Below, one piece after another: positions 16,224 through 41,789 of a DNA stretch of 64,000 nucleotides (position 1 is the stretch's first letter; each line of letters opens with the position of its first letter). The translations under genes were made by a program, and so were the position numbers. Origin of the DNA: the human T2T-CHM13v2.0 reference genome, Homo sapiens; NCBI RefSeq assembly GCF_009914755.1, contig NC_060939.1. One strand, 5' to 3'. Under the pieces are notes generated by a model, which saw only the letters and a list, made by a program, of their open reading frames with translations, was not told where the DNA came from and ran no database searches.

Positions 16224-16817
<594 letters not shown>

Positions 16818-17137
16818 TCACCTTATCCTGGTCCCAGTCCCACTTGGCCACAGCCAAGCCGACTGGCCTCTTCTCCCCACACGGGGATGTCTGGGTCTCA
16901 GAGGTCTCCCCAGCTCCAGGGATGAGGAGGGAGCTGGGTGTTCTGGCTACCCTGGGTCACCTGCTGGGAGGCCCTTTCCTTCGTGAGAACCAAGCTGACC
17001 TATTCCGCCGGGATATGGAGGCCCATGTGCTTCCCTGACAGCCAACCATTCCGTGGAGGAGGGAGAGAGGCCCTAGCGTCCGCAGCCGGCTCCGAAGAGG
17101 AGGTAGAGCCATGCTCGCATAGCCACGCGTTGTGCTC

Positions 17138-17154
17138 TGTCGCCCCCTGGTGTC
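17138..17154 (-). promoter_or_regulatory. CTCF-like motif (GACACCAGGGGGCGACA) in intron 18
   Basis: One mismatch to the consensus core, in a locally CpG-retaining patch. Confidence 0.55.
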
Positions 17155-17157
17155 CTA

Positions 17158-17667
<510 letters not shown>

Positions 17668-17912
17668 CTACAGAGGAAGTGGGAGTGAGGCAGTTCTGTT
17701 GGCCTTGCTGAGGAGGGTAGGCTGGGGCTCCCCTAAGTCCACTCCCCATTCTCAGGAGGACATCATCCCTGATTCCTTCATCCCAGAGTCCTGACTTTAA
17801 CGGGGCTCCTGGGAGTGCCAAGGGCAAGTCATGGCCACTTTCCCTGATGGCCCATTCTGCAGCCCTTCCTGGAAGTCTCCCTTCCCTGAAGTCAGACTGG
17901 CTCCCCTGCTCA

Positions 17913-18122
<210 letters not shown>

Positions 18123-18288
18123 TCACCCTTCAGATGCTCACAATCTTCTGATACAAGGACAGGAGGGCCCTGAGCCTCACAGAAACTACTACTACCTCTC
18201 CCTCTGACTGTCCTCCCTAAAACACACCCAGAAGTTATGGTCTCTCTGCCTCAAACTGGCCTTTGGTGAAGCACGTGTTGCCTGCTCC

Positions 18289-19095
<807 letters not shown>

Positions 19096-19150
19096 CTGTC
19101 CACCTCCACACCATAAAGCTCATCACCTCACCAAGTTAATCCTCCAATCA

Positions 19151-19675
<525 letters not shown>

Positions 19676-19689
19676 CTATTTCCCCTTCA

Positions 19690-20842
<1,153 letters not shown>

Positions 20843-21492
20843 CTACTCCCCTGCAGTCAGCCCCAGCCCCAGGCTCTACCCTGGGAAGGGAAGCTGCTCC
20901 CTGGCCTGGAGGCGACTACCACCACCCAGGGACCTACAGAGAAGTCTGGATGTATGCTGCTCCAAGTCCAATCTCGAAACCAGACCCCTTCCTCCAGGAA
21001 ACCTTCCTGGATTAATCCAAGTTATTCTCCACCTATGGAATCATCTCCGATGCATCTTTTCTTTGGCTTAATTTTGCCTTCATGGCAGTTGTATATATCG
21101 GTTGCTTTTTATGCGACTTTCCTCCGCCAAACCTCAGGCTCCTCAGGCTCTGTCTCCCCATCTAACAGGGTAGAGGGAGCAGCTCTGAGGACAGGGGTGG
21201 GGTTCTCTTCACCATCAGACTGGGAGCCCTCTGAGGTTGGAGAAACAGGTCTGTCCTGTGTCACATTCTCCGGAGTTTGAGAACAAGGCTCTGTTGTGAG
21301 GGGACGGGATTGGATGGCCTCCTTGCTACCATCTGGTCAGCAGGCAAGGACGTGGACCCTGTGCAGCCCCTCTGTGTGGCCTCAGCGTAACAGGTGAGCC
21401 ATGACATGTTCCTGAATCCCAGGGGCCCTTCCCTGATCACCACCTGCTGCCTTCCCACCACCACCCCCCACCTATTCTTCCTCCCTTCTTTA

Positions 21493-21744
<252 letters not shown>

Positions 21745-22174
21745 TCATCCTTAAATATGTATAGTGGTTTACAGTTCCCAAGGCTGTTTCTTTGACCCAC
21801 TCCTTTGATCCTGTGAGTTGAGTGGCATCATTCCTACTTCACAGATAAGGCAATTGAGGCTTCCAAGAATTTGATTTTTGACTGTGGAACACTAGTCTGT
21901 AAGAACGTAATAAAGAGAGAGGCAGCAAATCACAGCAATGAATAACCATGGAACCAGACTCTGGAACCAGGCTGCCTTGGTTCAAATTCCAGCTCTGACA
22001 CTTACTAGCTGTGTGACCTTGGAGAAATTACTTACCTTCTCTGTGTCTCCATTCACTATTCTAATGATAGTACCTACCTCATGGGGTTGTTATGAGGATT
22101 AAATTATTTAATATTTTAAAAATAGATAGGAAATTGAAATATAATAAACACTATATTTATAAGTGTTTATTTTA

Positions 22175-22634
<460 letters not shown>

Positions 22635-23204
22635 TTACTCCCTCTGCTAAACCATGTGGCTGGGAAGTTAGGGGTGAGGGAGTATCATGATGGGCAACTG
22701 AGGTGTCCAATGCAGGGCCACAAGGCAGTGTAGTGCAGTGGAAAGAGTTTTGCCTGGAAACCAGGAGTCCCAGTTGTAGCCTAGGCTCTGTGTGACCTTG
22801 GACAAGTTCCTTTTCCTCTCTGAGCCTCAGTTTCCCGTTAGGTCACACAGGGATACTCACTCTTCTTAGACTTGAGAGATAGTCTGATAGTGTGATGTAG
22901 ACAAATGTGTTTTTAAAAAAACTTGTTTTACAGTCAAACTTGGGGTCGGGAGTTACTGATCAACCATAGGGTTTCCCTCTGTTCAAACTTTGGAAATCAG
23001 CACTATTCATGGGTAATGCAAATAAGGTGGCAGGCCTAAGACAGTGAACAAACAAGCTTCTCTCCATGACAGAGGCTCTCTGGAGCTAAAAGAGGACCCC
23101 TGATCCTAGGAGAATGGGTTTGGGCATGAGCTGAGGCTACTAAAGTACCTGCTCACCAGGCTGGCCCAAAGGAAAAGAAGAGGAAGCGGCTAGCAGAGCC
23201 CTCA

Positions 23205-23354
<150 letters not shown>

Positions 23355-23461
23355 TTACAGGGCTTAATGGCTAGGGGGACATCTGGGGTCACTCTCCCGT
23401 CCACAGAGAGCATCCCATCTCTAACTTCTTCACACAACTTGCCCAGTCCCCACTGAAGCTA

Positions 23462-23848
<387 letters not shown>

Positions 23849-24589
23849 TCAGTGAGAGCCTTTTGCCAGCATTCTCCCAACACATCACCACTCAGCCACC
23901 ACTCTAAGTGCCAGTCCTGGGCTTGGTCTAGAGGTGAACTCACTGTTCTACAAGCACAGAGTGCAGGGAATGCAGGGGTGTCCGCTGGGCATTTGCAAAG
24001 GGGTCAGCAAGGAGCACCTCTGGAGTAGGCTGATAGCACCTGGCACAGAATCGGCCTCTGTGAAGTCTTCTGAAGGATCAAACACTGGGGGCAGTGGGGG
24101 TGGTGGTTGCTGAGGCCAGGAAGGAGGGATGCCACCATTACAGTAGGGAGACCCACTTGAGAGTGAGGAGCTTACAATGTGTCAAACACTGTCCTATGCA
24201 CTTTGTGTAGTTATTATAACTTTATCCTTGCAACCCTCTAAAATAGTGAAAATACTACAACCTTCGCTTTACAGATAAGAAAACTGAAGCTCAGAGAGTT
24301 AAGTAATTTACCTAGTGTCGCATAGAGAGCATGTAGACCGGTTTGGTCAGCATTTAATCACTCTTCTATTGGGCCTCTCAACAAAAACAATCATCATCAC
24401 CATCATCCTCGAAGCAGCTACAATTCAATGAGTTTTTATGTACTAAGCACTTTAGTTACAATACATTATTCAACCTCATGCCATTCCTGGGCAGTAAATG
24501 AAGCCTCAGAATGGTTTGTCCAAGGTCACACAGCAAATCGAAGGGACACCAGATCCCAGCCCTTCACCTCTGCACCTAAGCCTCACTCA

Positions 24590-24946
<357 letters not shown>

Positions 24947-25275
24947 CTAAACCCCCCTACATGGCTCTTCCGCCTCACATCCCGGTTCCTCCGTGCCCGT
25001 GGGAGCCTGAGGCGTTCTCAGCACTGACCCCTCAGTGCCTGGGCAGATTCTATGGCTCCAGGGTTGACGCTTGAGCCTCCAACTCTGGCTGATGCAGGCC
25101 ATCAGCCTGGGCTCAGCTGCAGGGAGAATGATGGCAGGCTTTCCCCACTTCCCCAGGAGCTGTCAATGACCATCCCCTGCCAACACACACACACACGGGA
25201 TGCAGACACAAGAGGCTGACCATGAAGGCCAGCAAGAACGCCTGGCTTCCAGAGCCCTGAGGGCCACCATGGCCA

Positions 25276-25327
25276 CTTCCTCACCCTTCCCTCCTTCCTC
25301 ACCTTTCCCTCCTTCCTCACCCTTCCC
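25276..25327. repeat. 18-bp pyrimidine-rich tandem repeat x3
   Basis: cttcctcacc(c/t)ttccctc. Confidence 0.85.
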
Positions 25328-25735
25328 CTGGTCCCTCAGCTACCTTCCTCCTCCTAACTTTTTATCCTTTTATTTTTTTCTGAGACAGAGTTTTGCTCTG
25401 TTACCCAGATGGGAGTACAATGGCACGATCACAGTTCCCTGCAGCCTTGAATTCCTGGGGTCAAGTGATCCTCCCACCTCAGCCCCCCATTTCCCAGATA
25501 AGGAAACTGAGGCAGGGACTCAGTAGAAGTACACACTGCAGCTGTAGAGGGGTTGGGGTGAGAGCCCAGGCCTCCCTCTGCCTTAAGCTAGGCCCCTCTG
25601 TCTTCCCTTTTCATTCCTGCCCAGACCCCTGTTTTTCAGGTTCACCCTTCCCCAACCCCTACTCTGCTTCCTTTCCTCCGACTCCCGTACCCTGCTCAGG
25701 TCTCCAGCAGCCCTGACAGCTCTTCACGTTGATCA

Positions 25736-25927
<192 letters not shown>

Positions 25928-26421
25928 TCAGCATGAGCTCTGCTCCACCGACGTGGAAGGTGAGGCTCGGGAGCGGTCAGAGACTTGCCTGGGTCACACA
26001 GCAAGTCAGAAGTAGGCCAGGACCAGGATCTGAGGGAGGAAAGGGAGCTTCTCAGGGGAGCCCCAAGCTGAAGGATGAGGGGACATCTTTCCCACCCTGA
26101 AGCTGGAAAAAGTCTTGGAGCACAATCTTCCACGTCTAATGGGTTAATGTCACTGGCCCCTACCCCAGCTGGATGGCACATAGGTGTCAGGGAGAACTGC
26201 ATGACACAGGGAATCATCACAGACCTGGGCTTAAGTCCCAGCTGAACTACTGACCTGGGCAAATCATTCTCATTTTCTGGGCCTCAGTTTCCCCAACTGT
26301 GAACTGAGGAGAAGAACCCCGCCCACTCTCTTACGGGGCACAAAAGATGATATGAGCAGGTAAAAATGCCTTTACATTAGTAAAGAGAGGGTGAGCTCCC
26401 CTCCCCAGGGAATTCTCTTTA

Positions 26422-26673
<252 letters not shown>

Positions 26674-26990
26674 CTAGCTGGAGTCTGTATAGGAATCCTT
26701 CATATTGTCCTGGTGTCTATTTATAGCTAAATCATCCCAGATAATCTGAGCTGGAGTGTATAAACTCCCTCAGCTTCCTGTCTCAGTGTATTAATTCCTC
26801 CACTGGTTAGGGAGTGCTTTCTGGAAATGACCCCCCTCTCCAGTTAGTTAACTGGGATGGGAGGTGGCTCCAGGAACGTCCTCTCCCTCCTCTCTCAACA
26901 AACATGACTGAGGGAAGCAGTGGCCCTTCCAGCGCCAGTTGCCTAATCCATACCTACCATACTTATGCGGGTCTCTCCTATGGGCTCCTA

Positions 26991-27641
<651 letters not shown>

Positions 27642-28164
27642 TTAACCTCTCCCTGATTCACCCTTTCCAAACTACTCCGGCTCAGCGCAGACCTACCCTT
27701 TCTTCTCCCCATTTACCCCAGCCCCACAACGACCATTCTCTTTCTCTCCCAAAACTGTCCCCAGGCCTCCTCAGCCTCCCCTAAATATTGCTCCTCCCGG
27801 ATCTAACCCCACCCCTAAATTTACCCATCTCCTTCCTCCCTGCCCTCCCATATGTCCCACACCTACCAGATCTACCCTGCCCCCCAGTTTTCTTAGTACC
27901 ACTCAGATCACTCCACTATCCCCACAATAACCCCAGTCACAACTCCCCGCTAATCACCCGCTCCAGGCCTTAATCACCCCTCTCGCTCCATCCCAGACTC
28001 AACGCCCCGCACTCCGTCCTCCAGTTACCAAGTCCCCATCCCTCGTCCCACCTCCGCCTTACTAGGGACTCCTCCCTGAGTTCGTCCTCCAGGAGAGCGC
28101 CTGAGTGCCCCCAGCACACCCACCCGTCCACCTCCCCCTGCTCTATTCACCCCAGCCCCAGCTA

Positions 28165-28533
<369 letters not shown>

Positions 28534-28792
28534 TTAGCCCTTAACTGGCAGGGTTTCCATGAGGATTGAAAGAATGTCAGAACCCCTGGCACAGTGCAGG
28601 CATATATTAATCATAGGTGCTCAGCACACTCGTCAGTTTTCATTACTGAATTCATTTCTCTCAAGAAGGACATGCTCCTTCCCTGGGGTCCCAGCCCAGT
28701 ACTATGATGAAGCTAGGGCTGGTAAGGTCGGACCAAGCCAACGATTCGAATGCGCACAAAGTTTTACCTCAATGTGAAATGAAAACCATTTA

Positions 28793-30833
<2,041 letters not shown>

Positions 30834-31965
30834 AGATTCCTGGAACACGACTCTCCGGGGTGAAGAAAGGAGTCTGCAGTTTTAATAAGTCCCCTGGGTA
30901 ACCCTGATGCATAATCAGGAATTAAGAAATATTGACATTAGAACTTCTAGGTGATACCACAAGTTTATCCCAGTAGTACAAGGGTCCTGCTGGCCCCCTA
31001 AGTAGGCAAGTGTCACAGGTCCAATGAGGCAGTGCAGGTCAGATAGGTGCGAAAATGCCAGCACTGTTCTATTTTATCAGCTCATTGGTGGGTACATATT
31101 AATAGTTGTTCAATTTATTTTCTTTAAACTATATATATTCGTGATATACACTTTTGAGTATGAGATATAAACTTATATTTTTAAAGATGTATAGAGTAAT
31201 AGAATGAGTTGGGGAAAGGGGTAAAAAGAACTGGATTTAAAACTTACTTCTGCCATCAACTTGGGACAAGTCACTTTTTAACAACAAATGGAAACAAAAA
31301 TAACCCTTGCTTTCTTTTTACAGGACTGTAGGAACTGGCATACCAAAAAGAGAACAGACTTGAAAGCTTGGGTCCCAGCTCTTCCACTGCCTCTCTGAGC
31401 CTCAGTTTCTTCATCTGCCCACTGGGAATAATAGTTCTGGCCCCTCCTCTCCCCAGAGGGCTCTTGGAGGCTGACAGGAGAACAGGTGTGAAAGTGCTTA
31501 GGAGACTGCACAGTGAAATTTGGCCCAGCACTGGCGTTACCCTGATGGCATCTCCAGTCACTCAGTGGCACTTCTCACTTGTAGCCTGATACTGTCAGAC
31601 CTCTCTTCATAGATGTGTGTTTTCTCTCCCTCACTAGACGATGAGTTCAGAGGGCAGGGTCCCTGCCTCTCTGTGTTTTGTTCACTGTGCCCAGTATGAT
31701 ACCAGTCACACAAAGACAGCAGTATGCTGGGGTGGACCCAGAGCTTGCCTTATAGTTGCACGGACCAACAGAGGGGTCTGGTTCCACCTAACTCACTGGC
31801 TGTGTGGCACCTTCCCAGCTCTCAAGTACTCACTTGTAACACCGTTGTGAGGAACAGAAATATGTAATTATGGTGGAGAACCTAGCTCAGCACCTGGCCT
31901 CAGGAGGGCTGCAATAACCGTTCTGTAAGTGGCAGCTTGGAAGTGCTTTTGTAAAGCACATGCTA

Positions 31966-32367
<402 letters not shown>

Positions 32368-33613
32368 TCACCTGAGTCTCACAGTAACCTGGTGAGGTGG
32401 TACCGGGGACAGCAGCAATGACTCCATCTGTCAGATGGGGGACGTAGCCATAAAATTCAGCAGGGCTGGGACTGGACCTCTGAGCTGTTTCTTTTAGAGC
32501 CAGAAGAATTGCCTAGGCTTCAACTCAGCACCAGAGAAATGATTAGACAGACCCACACCTACCTCCATTCTTCCCTCCCAGATGCAACCCACCATCTAGG
32601 CAGAGGACTGTCAGGGTCATGGGCAAAGCACCAGACTTGGAGTCAACAGTTATAGTTTCTAGTTCCAGCACTGCCATTAACGCACTGGGTGACCTTTGGC
32701 AAATCCCTTCTCCAAAAGGCCTTGGATTTCCCAGTGGAAAAGGCAGACAGTGGGCTTGAGTTTCTGCCTGTGCGGCAGTTCCCTAAACCCTGATTTCCTG
32801 CCAAGTTCTTTGTGTGACCCTGGCCCCCTGGGTGGAGTGGTGAATATCTGGATTGTCCAGCAGGTGGAGGCAGATACCCCTTGAACAGAAGAAAGACGAC
32901 ACCAGACTGGGAGCAGCCTACCAGCTAAGCCCAGAAGGAACAGGATGGGGACGGGGTGGGAGTGCAGAGAGTGGGTGGGAGGTGGGAGGGATGCATGGCA
33001 AAGGGAAGCAAGGGAGGTGCCCCTGGGGGAGGCTTGAAGTGAGATCTGTTGAGCACCTGCCAGGTGCCAGGCACTTTCCATTCTTATCTCAAGGACTCTT
33101 CGAGCCTCTCTGAGCTGGGCATTTGATAAGGAGCCCAGGGTCATGCAGATGGTGAGCAGAGAAGGCAGGATTCAAACCAGGTCTTTCCAACCCCAAAGAC
33201 TGTGCCCTTCCTAATCCATCACACTGGGGCAAGAGCTTTTCAAAGAAACGAGTAAAGGATAAGAGCACTAGGCCACAGGTAGCCAGATTTGCAAGGCACA
33301 GAAAGCAGAGAGGGACGAACCCCCCAGTGCCTGGACCCCTCAGTGACTATAGAAGGGCAGGAGAGAAAGGGGCAGGGAGCAGGGCTTCCGGGCACTGACA
33401 CCGCCTCAGATGCCTCGCATCCCCACCTCTGTCCCCAGCCTTCGACACTGCATCCAACCAGAGGGCACACAGGCTCTGCATGAAGAGAGGAGCCCTGCCC
33501 TTGGAGTCTGGGGTCTTGTGTTCCAGCCCAGTTCTTTCTTCTCTGGTTTGCTGGGTGGCAGTACCCTCTCTGGGCTTCATCGCCTCACCAGTCAATGGGA
33601 CTAACATTTATCA

Positions 33614-33910
<297 letters not shown>

Positions 33911-33949
33911 TCATGGTAAGATAAATGCAAATTAAAACTCTAAGATACC

Positions 33950-34264
<315 letters not shown>

Positions 34265-36158
34265 TCACCTATTAGATTGGTGAAAATCAGAAGGCTTAAT
34301 AACACTCCGTGTGGATGAGGGAATGGAGGAAGGCACTCCTGCCTCGATGGTGGCCCTGCCCATACACCATCTGTCCAGGGCAAGTTGGTGATATCTCAAC
34401 ATCAAAACTTCTAGGGCTCTATCCCACAGATACTCTCAGATGTGTGCACAAGAGCATGTGTTAAACGATATTCACTCCAGCACTGTCTGTGATAGCAAAA
34501 GGCTGGAAACAACCCAAGTGTTCATCTGCAGGGTGGGAACTGGCTAAATTTGTTTGGGTACATTCGCACAATGGAATGTTAGGCAGCTGCTAAAAAGGAG
34601 GCAGCTCTGTGTGTGCTGATAGAGGGCCATCTCCAAATGTGTTCTGGTACAAAACAATATGTTTGGGGACATGTAGGCTTCTGTGCTTGCGTATACATTC
34701 AATGTTCCTGGTAACAGTGGTTGTCTCTGGGGAGGGGACCTGGGATCCAGGGGACTGAGGGTGGGAGGGACTGACTTTTTATTATATATCCTTGTATACA
34801 GTTGGAATTTTATTTACCCCTTGCCCATACTACCTTCTCCCTCCCTTAATAAAATACTCTTTATTCACACTATCTCATGTGACCCTTAAAACAAGCCCAA
34901 GACATAGAGGAGGTCACAACCTCCATTTTACTGGTGAAAAATAGGAGGGTATTTTCCCAGGATCTCACAGGTGGAGCAGAGTGAAAACTCGAACCCAAGT
35001 CTTCTGGTGCCAAATGTCATATTTGTCCTACCTGCCTGTCTCGGCAGCCATTGGATGGCTGAGAATGCCCTTGGAGAGGACGTGGTCTCCAAGCAGACCC
35101 AGCCAACACGTATGTTACTTAGAAGGGGCATGATGGATGAGGGTGTTCCCTGCCCTCTGGGCTAAAGAAATAGAAAGGTCCAGAGACCTTACTTGAGAAA
35201 CGATGTAATCTGGGATAGGGAGGTCTCCATGGGGGTTGGGGTGGTGGAGACCAGAGTGGGCTCCGACCTAAGGAGGGGGTGAATGGGTCCCTCGGAATCC
35301 TCCAACTGGGATCCCTACAGGGTCAGCTCCAGGTTGAGAATCCTAGTTTCTCAACAGAGCAAATGGTGCTGGCCTCTGGGATGTAGGCTGGGCCAAGGTC
35401 AGAGAGGGAAGGGGGCAGTTGTGCGCTTGGTGGAGATCCCTTAGCTCCTGGGGAAGTGGGGTCTAAAAAAATCTAAACATGGAACAGGAGAAGTAGTTCA
35501 AAGGCTGGGGAGGAAGAATGTTCTAAACAGGGGCCCTACAAACCTGCTGTGGCCCAAAGACTTAAAGGACTTAGAGAAAAAAAGCATAAATATGCCCTGC
35601 TCTTTCCTGCATCACACAGGCAAACCCACCTCTGCCCCCAGCCTCTCACCCTCAGCTCCAACAGCTGCCTACATAAGTGCTGGGGCAGAGCGAGAGAAAG
35701 GGACAGGGAGACAAGTGTGGCTGGAGCAAAATCCTGGGCCAGGACCCAGTCTGCTGCCAGAGAAGAACTGACAGGAAAGGACGAATTGGGGAAGGACAAG
35801 TAGGACCCACCTAGAAAACAGGCCCCACCCCCATCCATCTAACGTGCTCTTCCTCCAAGACCTTTCTTTCTCCTCTTTTCCTCCCTCGAACTAGCGAGCT
35901 GACTATGCTGCTGGGAACTGCCTACATTTCCTAACCCCAGTGTTTCTAGGTCTTTCCAGGGAATATTGTGCTCCAAGTACTCAAGAGGTAGTCTCTCCTT
36001 TGAAAAAATAACATTCCCTTAATGATGTGATTGAGTGAATGAATGAATGAATGAACAAATTAATGAATGAATGAATTCCTTTCCCCAGATATGGTGCTAT
36101 TGCTGCAGCCAATAGAGGCAAGATGGAACCACTTTTAGGGTTCATCTAAAATCTTTTC

Positions 36159-36484
<326 letters not shown>

Positions 36485-38670
36485 TTAGTTAGTGGGGGGG
36501 GGGGAGTAAAAAAACAGTGTTTATGAAGAAATTCTACTTTTAGAAAATAGAGAAAAGTTATATTAGGATATACATAGAAAAAGCCACAGGTGGCAAAGCT
36601 CGTGTGGTTTATGGGGGTTTTCTGTAGGAGTGAGATTACGGGGGATTCTTATTTATTGTGCCTGTTAAGTGGGTTTTTTTTTTTTGCAATTAATATGTAT
36701 CAGTTAGGAAATATAAAAATTTTTAAATGTAAATTGCTAATAATCTGTGCCCTTGTACACTTTGGTTTGTAACTTGGGCTCTAACACAGAAGCACTGTGA
36801 CATGCTGGAGAGAACTGGTTTCAATGTATGTGATTTTAGCAAGTGACATTCTGTATCTGGGCCACAGTTTTCTCATTTGAAAAATGGGTTAAATAATTCC
36901 TGTCCTGCCTTCTTCACAACCCTGACCCTCTTATTGTGTTTTGAGCTCACATTAGATAACGGACATAAACATATTTATGAATTGCAAGCTCTGAACACAT
37001 GTTTACAATGGTGTAACCCATATACGTATTTCAAAAGACTGCAAGGAGACGCTCAAATTGGTAAAAGCTGTGTTCAGTCAGTAGGTGACTTTTTTCCCCT
37101 TTCTGTAAAGTTGGTATACTCTACCATTTTAAGAGAAATTCAAATTTCAAATAAAATAAAAGCTACTTATAAAATGAAAAACAATCTCAACTCGAAAGGA
37201 AGGGATGATTCTTTTTCCAGCCTCAAACCTGAGTCTGCTGCTCCTACCCACAAAAGGCCACTTGGGCCCCGAGGATTAAAGAACACAGAAGAAATGACGC
37301 AGCTGCTCTGAATTTCCCAAGGGCCAAGGAGCCCCCACCCTAAGCCCTTGAGATCCACCCAGGGCAAGGGGATACTGGCTGGAAGTCACATGAGATTGAC
37401 AGAAATGGTAACCACTGGGAGAGGGTAGGGCCGGAGCCCATGTTATTTAAGTCCCTTAGTTCCATGTTTCTTAAAATGTGAGTGAATGGCGATAACAAAA
37501 TGATTTCAAGTGGATCCAGATACATGGCTTTTTATCCTAGAAGTTACATTATTTATTTTTATGGCTATCTTCTATTTATGGCAAGTGTTGCTGGTTTTCC
37601 ATTTTATTGCAGTGAGATAATGTTCCCTTTTAAAATGTGTTCAAGTTACGAAAGAGCGAGTTGATGTAAAGAAAATTATGAAGTGGTTGTGTAAATGGTA
37701 TAAGTATGGTCACAATTATGAAGGTGGTTTTTGAATACCTGGGATTTGGGAAACATTGCTCTCATTGATTACTAGTTCCCATGAAAGAAAAATTATCCCC
37801 TAGATTATCCCCTATTATTAGAAAATAGTATGAGTACCGGGGATTTGCCTTGGGGTCTAGTCTTTACCATCAGTTCCAAACGAAGCACATACACCCTGAC
37901 GCAGTGTGTTTATTAACTGCACATGTGCCACGTTACACCAAGGCATACGGTCTCCTTCAAACCACTGGGCTGAGTTTATGAATAGCATATTTGTGCATGC
38001 ACTATATCTGGGCATGTGTAAAAATACATACCTTGGGCATAATCAAGTTGCTGTTTTAGACATTTCTTTATTCCCCCCACACAATGTGCCGGGACATGCG
38101 AGCCTAGCTTATTTATAGATGAGGATCACTTTTCAGAGGACTTGGGGGCAAACACTCCCAGAGTCCAAAAACTGGCAGCTCTGGCCTCCTGGGTTAGGTT
38201 TGTGGCTTCACGGGATGACGCCTGAGCTAGACGTTGGGGGTGGTGGGGAGGTCTGAAACCCACTGGTGTGCTGAGAAGCTTTGGGGAAGTAACTTCTCTG
38301 CTCCCAGCCACAGTTGGACTACAGATTTCTAAATCCACCATTAATTTTTTAAAAAATTAAAGTTGTAATGTGATACAAACTTCTTCAGACCTCACAGGTT
38401 CCGCACCCAGCCACCAAATGACACCTACCAGAGGCCTGTGTATCCTCCACGCAGGTCGCTGGAGTCTGACACTCTGAGTACTAAGCTGTGTGACCTGGGG
38501 CAAGTTATTTCTGCCTCTGATCCTCCAATCCCTCATTTAACAATCCAGATAAAAATACCTACCATATCCATATGTACAGACCTGGAAGGATGTTTATCAA
38601 GTGGTAAGTGAAAAAAAAATTAAAATTGCAACATAATCCCATTTTTGTTTTTGAAAAAAAAAAAAGATGA

Positions 38671-39430
<760 letters not shown>

Positions 39431-40202
39431 CATATTGATATGAATTTTAAAAATGCATCTGCTGGAATATCAATTAAAAGTAAATAGAGGAAAATGTGAA
39501 AATAAGAAATACCTACATTAAAGGATGATTGGAAGGGTTAAGTGAGAAAACATGTAAAAGGCTCAGCACGTGCCTGGCCCAAGGTACACTCCCATTAAGT
39601 GGTTCATGTTGTGACTTTCAACATGGGGAGATTTTGCTGCCTTCTGCTACCCTCTCTGGGGGGCATCAGGAGTAGGCTCTCGCGTGGTTCTCTCCTGCCT
39701 AGCTCATCTGTTCTGGGTTCATGGAACTCCCAGGAGGCACCCATCATCACACAGTGGTGACAGGCTCCACATTTAGAAAGGCACAGAACTTCAAATGTCA
39801 GTGTTAGAAAGGCTGGGTCAGCATTTCCCAGGGTTCACCCTCTAGAATGCTCATTCATGGGATGTTAAGGGGCTCCTGGGCAAACGAGCCTAGGAAGTGC
39901 TTCGTTAAACAAGGTCAACAGGATTCTCGATACAGCACTTCTCAGGGCCTTGCCAACTCCAGGAGGGAGATTTACAGGCAGTTTCCTGTTCTTATTTGAT
40001 CATAGAATACTTCATTCAAGAAGCATTTAAAGGGACTAACATTCTATAAAGGCCACGCTTTGGGAAACCACAATCTAAATCAATTTTCATTTGTTTCCCC
40101 CTTTCATTTTATAGGTGGGAAGGAGAATAGACTGGGTGAGAAGTGACTCTCTGAGGACCAGTGGGGCTAACCCATCACCAAAGTCAACAGGATGTCTCTC
40201 TC

Positions 40203-40498
40203 TTTTTTTTTTTTTTTTTTTGAGACAGGGTCTCGGTGTGTCACCCAGGCTGGCTGGAATGCAGTGGCATTATTCCAGCTCACTGTAGCCTGAACCTCCA
40301 AGTGATCTCGCTCAGCCTTCCAAGTAGCGGGGACCACAGGCACCACACTGCCACACTGGGCTAATTTTTGTATTGTTTTATAGAAACTGGGTTTTGATAT
40401 TTTGCATAGGCTGGTCTTGAACTCCTGGGCTCAAGTGATCCTCCTGCTTCGTCCTCCCAAAAGGTTGGGATTACAGGCATGAGTCACCACACCCAGCC
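40203..40498 (-). mobile_element. AluJ
   Basis: T tract plus degenerate Alu. Confidence 0.82.
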
Positions 40499-41540
40499 AG
40501 GATCTCTTATGTATGGACCTCTCACCCTCTTCCTCCCTCACAACTGTCCTGTGGCTTTTCTACCCCGAAGTTTCTCCTACAACCCCCATCCTTACCTACA
40601 CATGGGCAAAAGTCAGAGGAGCTGGGACAATGCAACACAGGCAACAGAAGGTTGGATCCAGGGGAGAAAGGGCAGTGTTTCAGAGCCCAAGGAGCCCCAC
40701 CTCCACCAGGACGGGAGAAGGATCTAGCTGGTAACTACAGCTACCGAGATATAGGGAGAGGACTGCAGGGTGGCTGGGAAAGGCCTTGGAGCCACATTTC
40801 CAAAGATACGTAAGAATCCAGGGGGTGATGACTGAGTCATGAGACCAACTCAGAGACCACAGATGCAAATGAGCCTTGTGGTTTCTGGTACGCTGCATAC
40901 ACATCTGGACCTACCCAGGAAGCCACAAGAGGGACCAAGTCCAAGGTCTAGCCTCTGCTTCCCTTCCGCCTTGGAAACTCTTCCCTGGGATTGCTCTACC
41001 CATCCATTGCCTTTACAGGGAAAGAGGAGAGTGAAAGAGGAAAGACCTCTACAATTCACTTCTCAGAGGGCTACGCCCCACTGGATGGAATTGAGAGAGG
41101 AAGAGAAGTTATGCATCTAGAGTGGAAACTCCGGAGGAACCCTGAAAAGAGAAAACCTTCCCAGCAGCCTCGGGGAGCCCTCAACAGACAACCAACATTC
41201 TGCCAATGGCTCATGGTACGGCTTGGGATAAGCCACAGCTCCTCTCTGGCCTTCAGTCTCCACAATAAAGCAAGTGGTTGGACTAGATGTGCTGGGAAGG
41301 ACTCTACTACTACACCTACCCAGGCTCCACAGCTCAATGGGTGGCTTCCTCCCAGGGAGCAAAAACTTCTTGTCCAACTTCTCTTTGGGACTAGACATGA
41401 GCCAGGAGTCAGGCGGTGGTTAACACTCAAGTCAGCTTAGGTAAATGCAGCTACCTCGACTCTAAGAATCTCAGTTCTGAGCACACCCCAGAGCCCTCTC
41501 TGCCCTGCCTACCAGGACCCGCTCCCCTACAGGGCACTCA

Positions 41541-41789
<249 letters not shown>

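Noticed and set aside
25021-25038. Hairpin gcactga-cccc-tcagtgc / REST half-site
   Set aside because: A 7-bp stem is expected by chance, and the GGACAG half of RE1 is absent.
36877-37311. 144-aa + strand ORF in intron 3
   Set aside because: TTG start within MIR/old-repeat-like AT-rich DNA; no recognisable fold or splice support.
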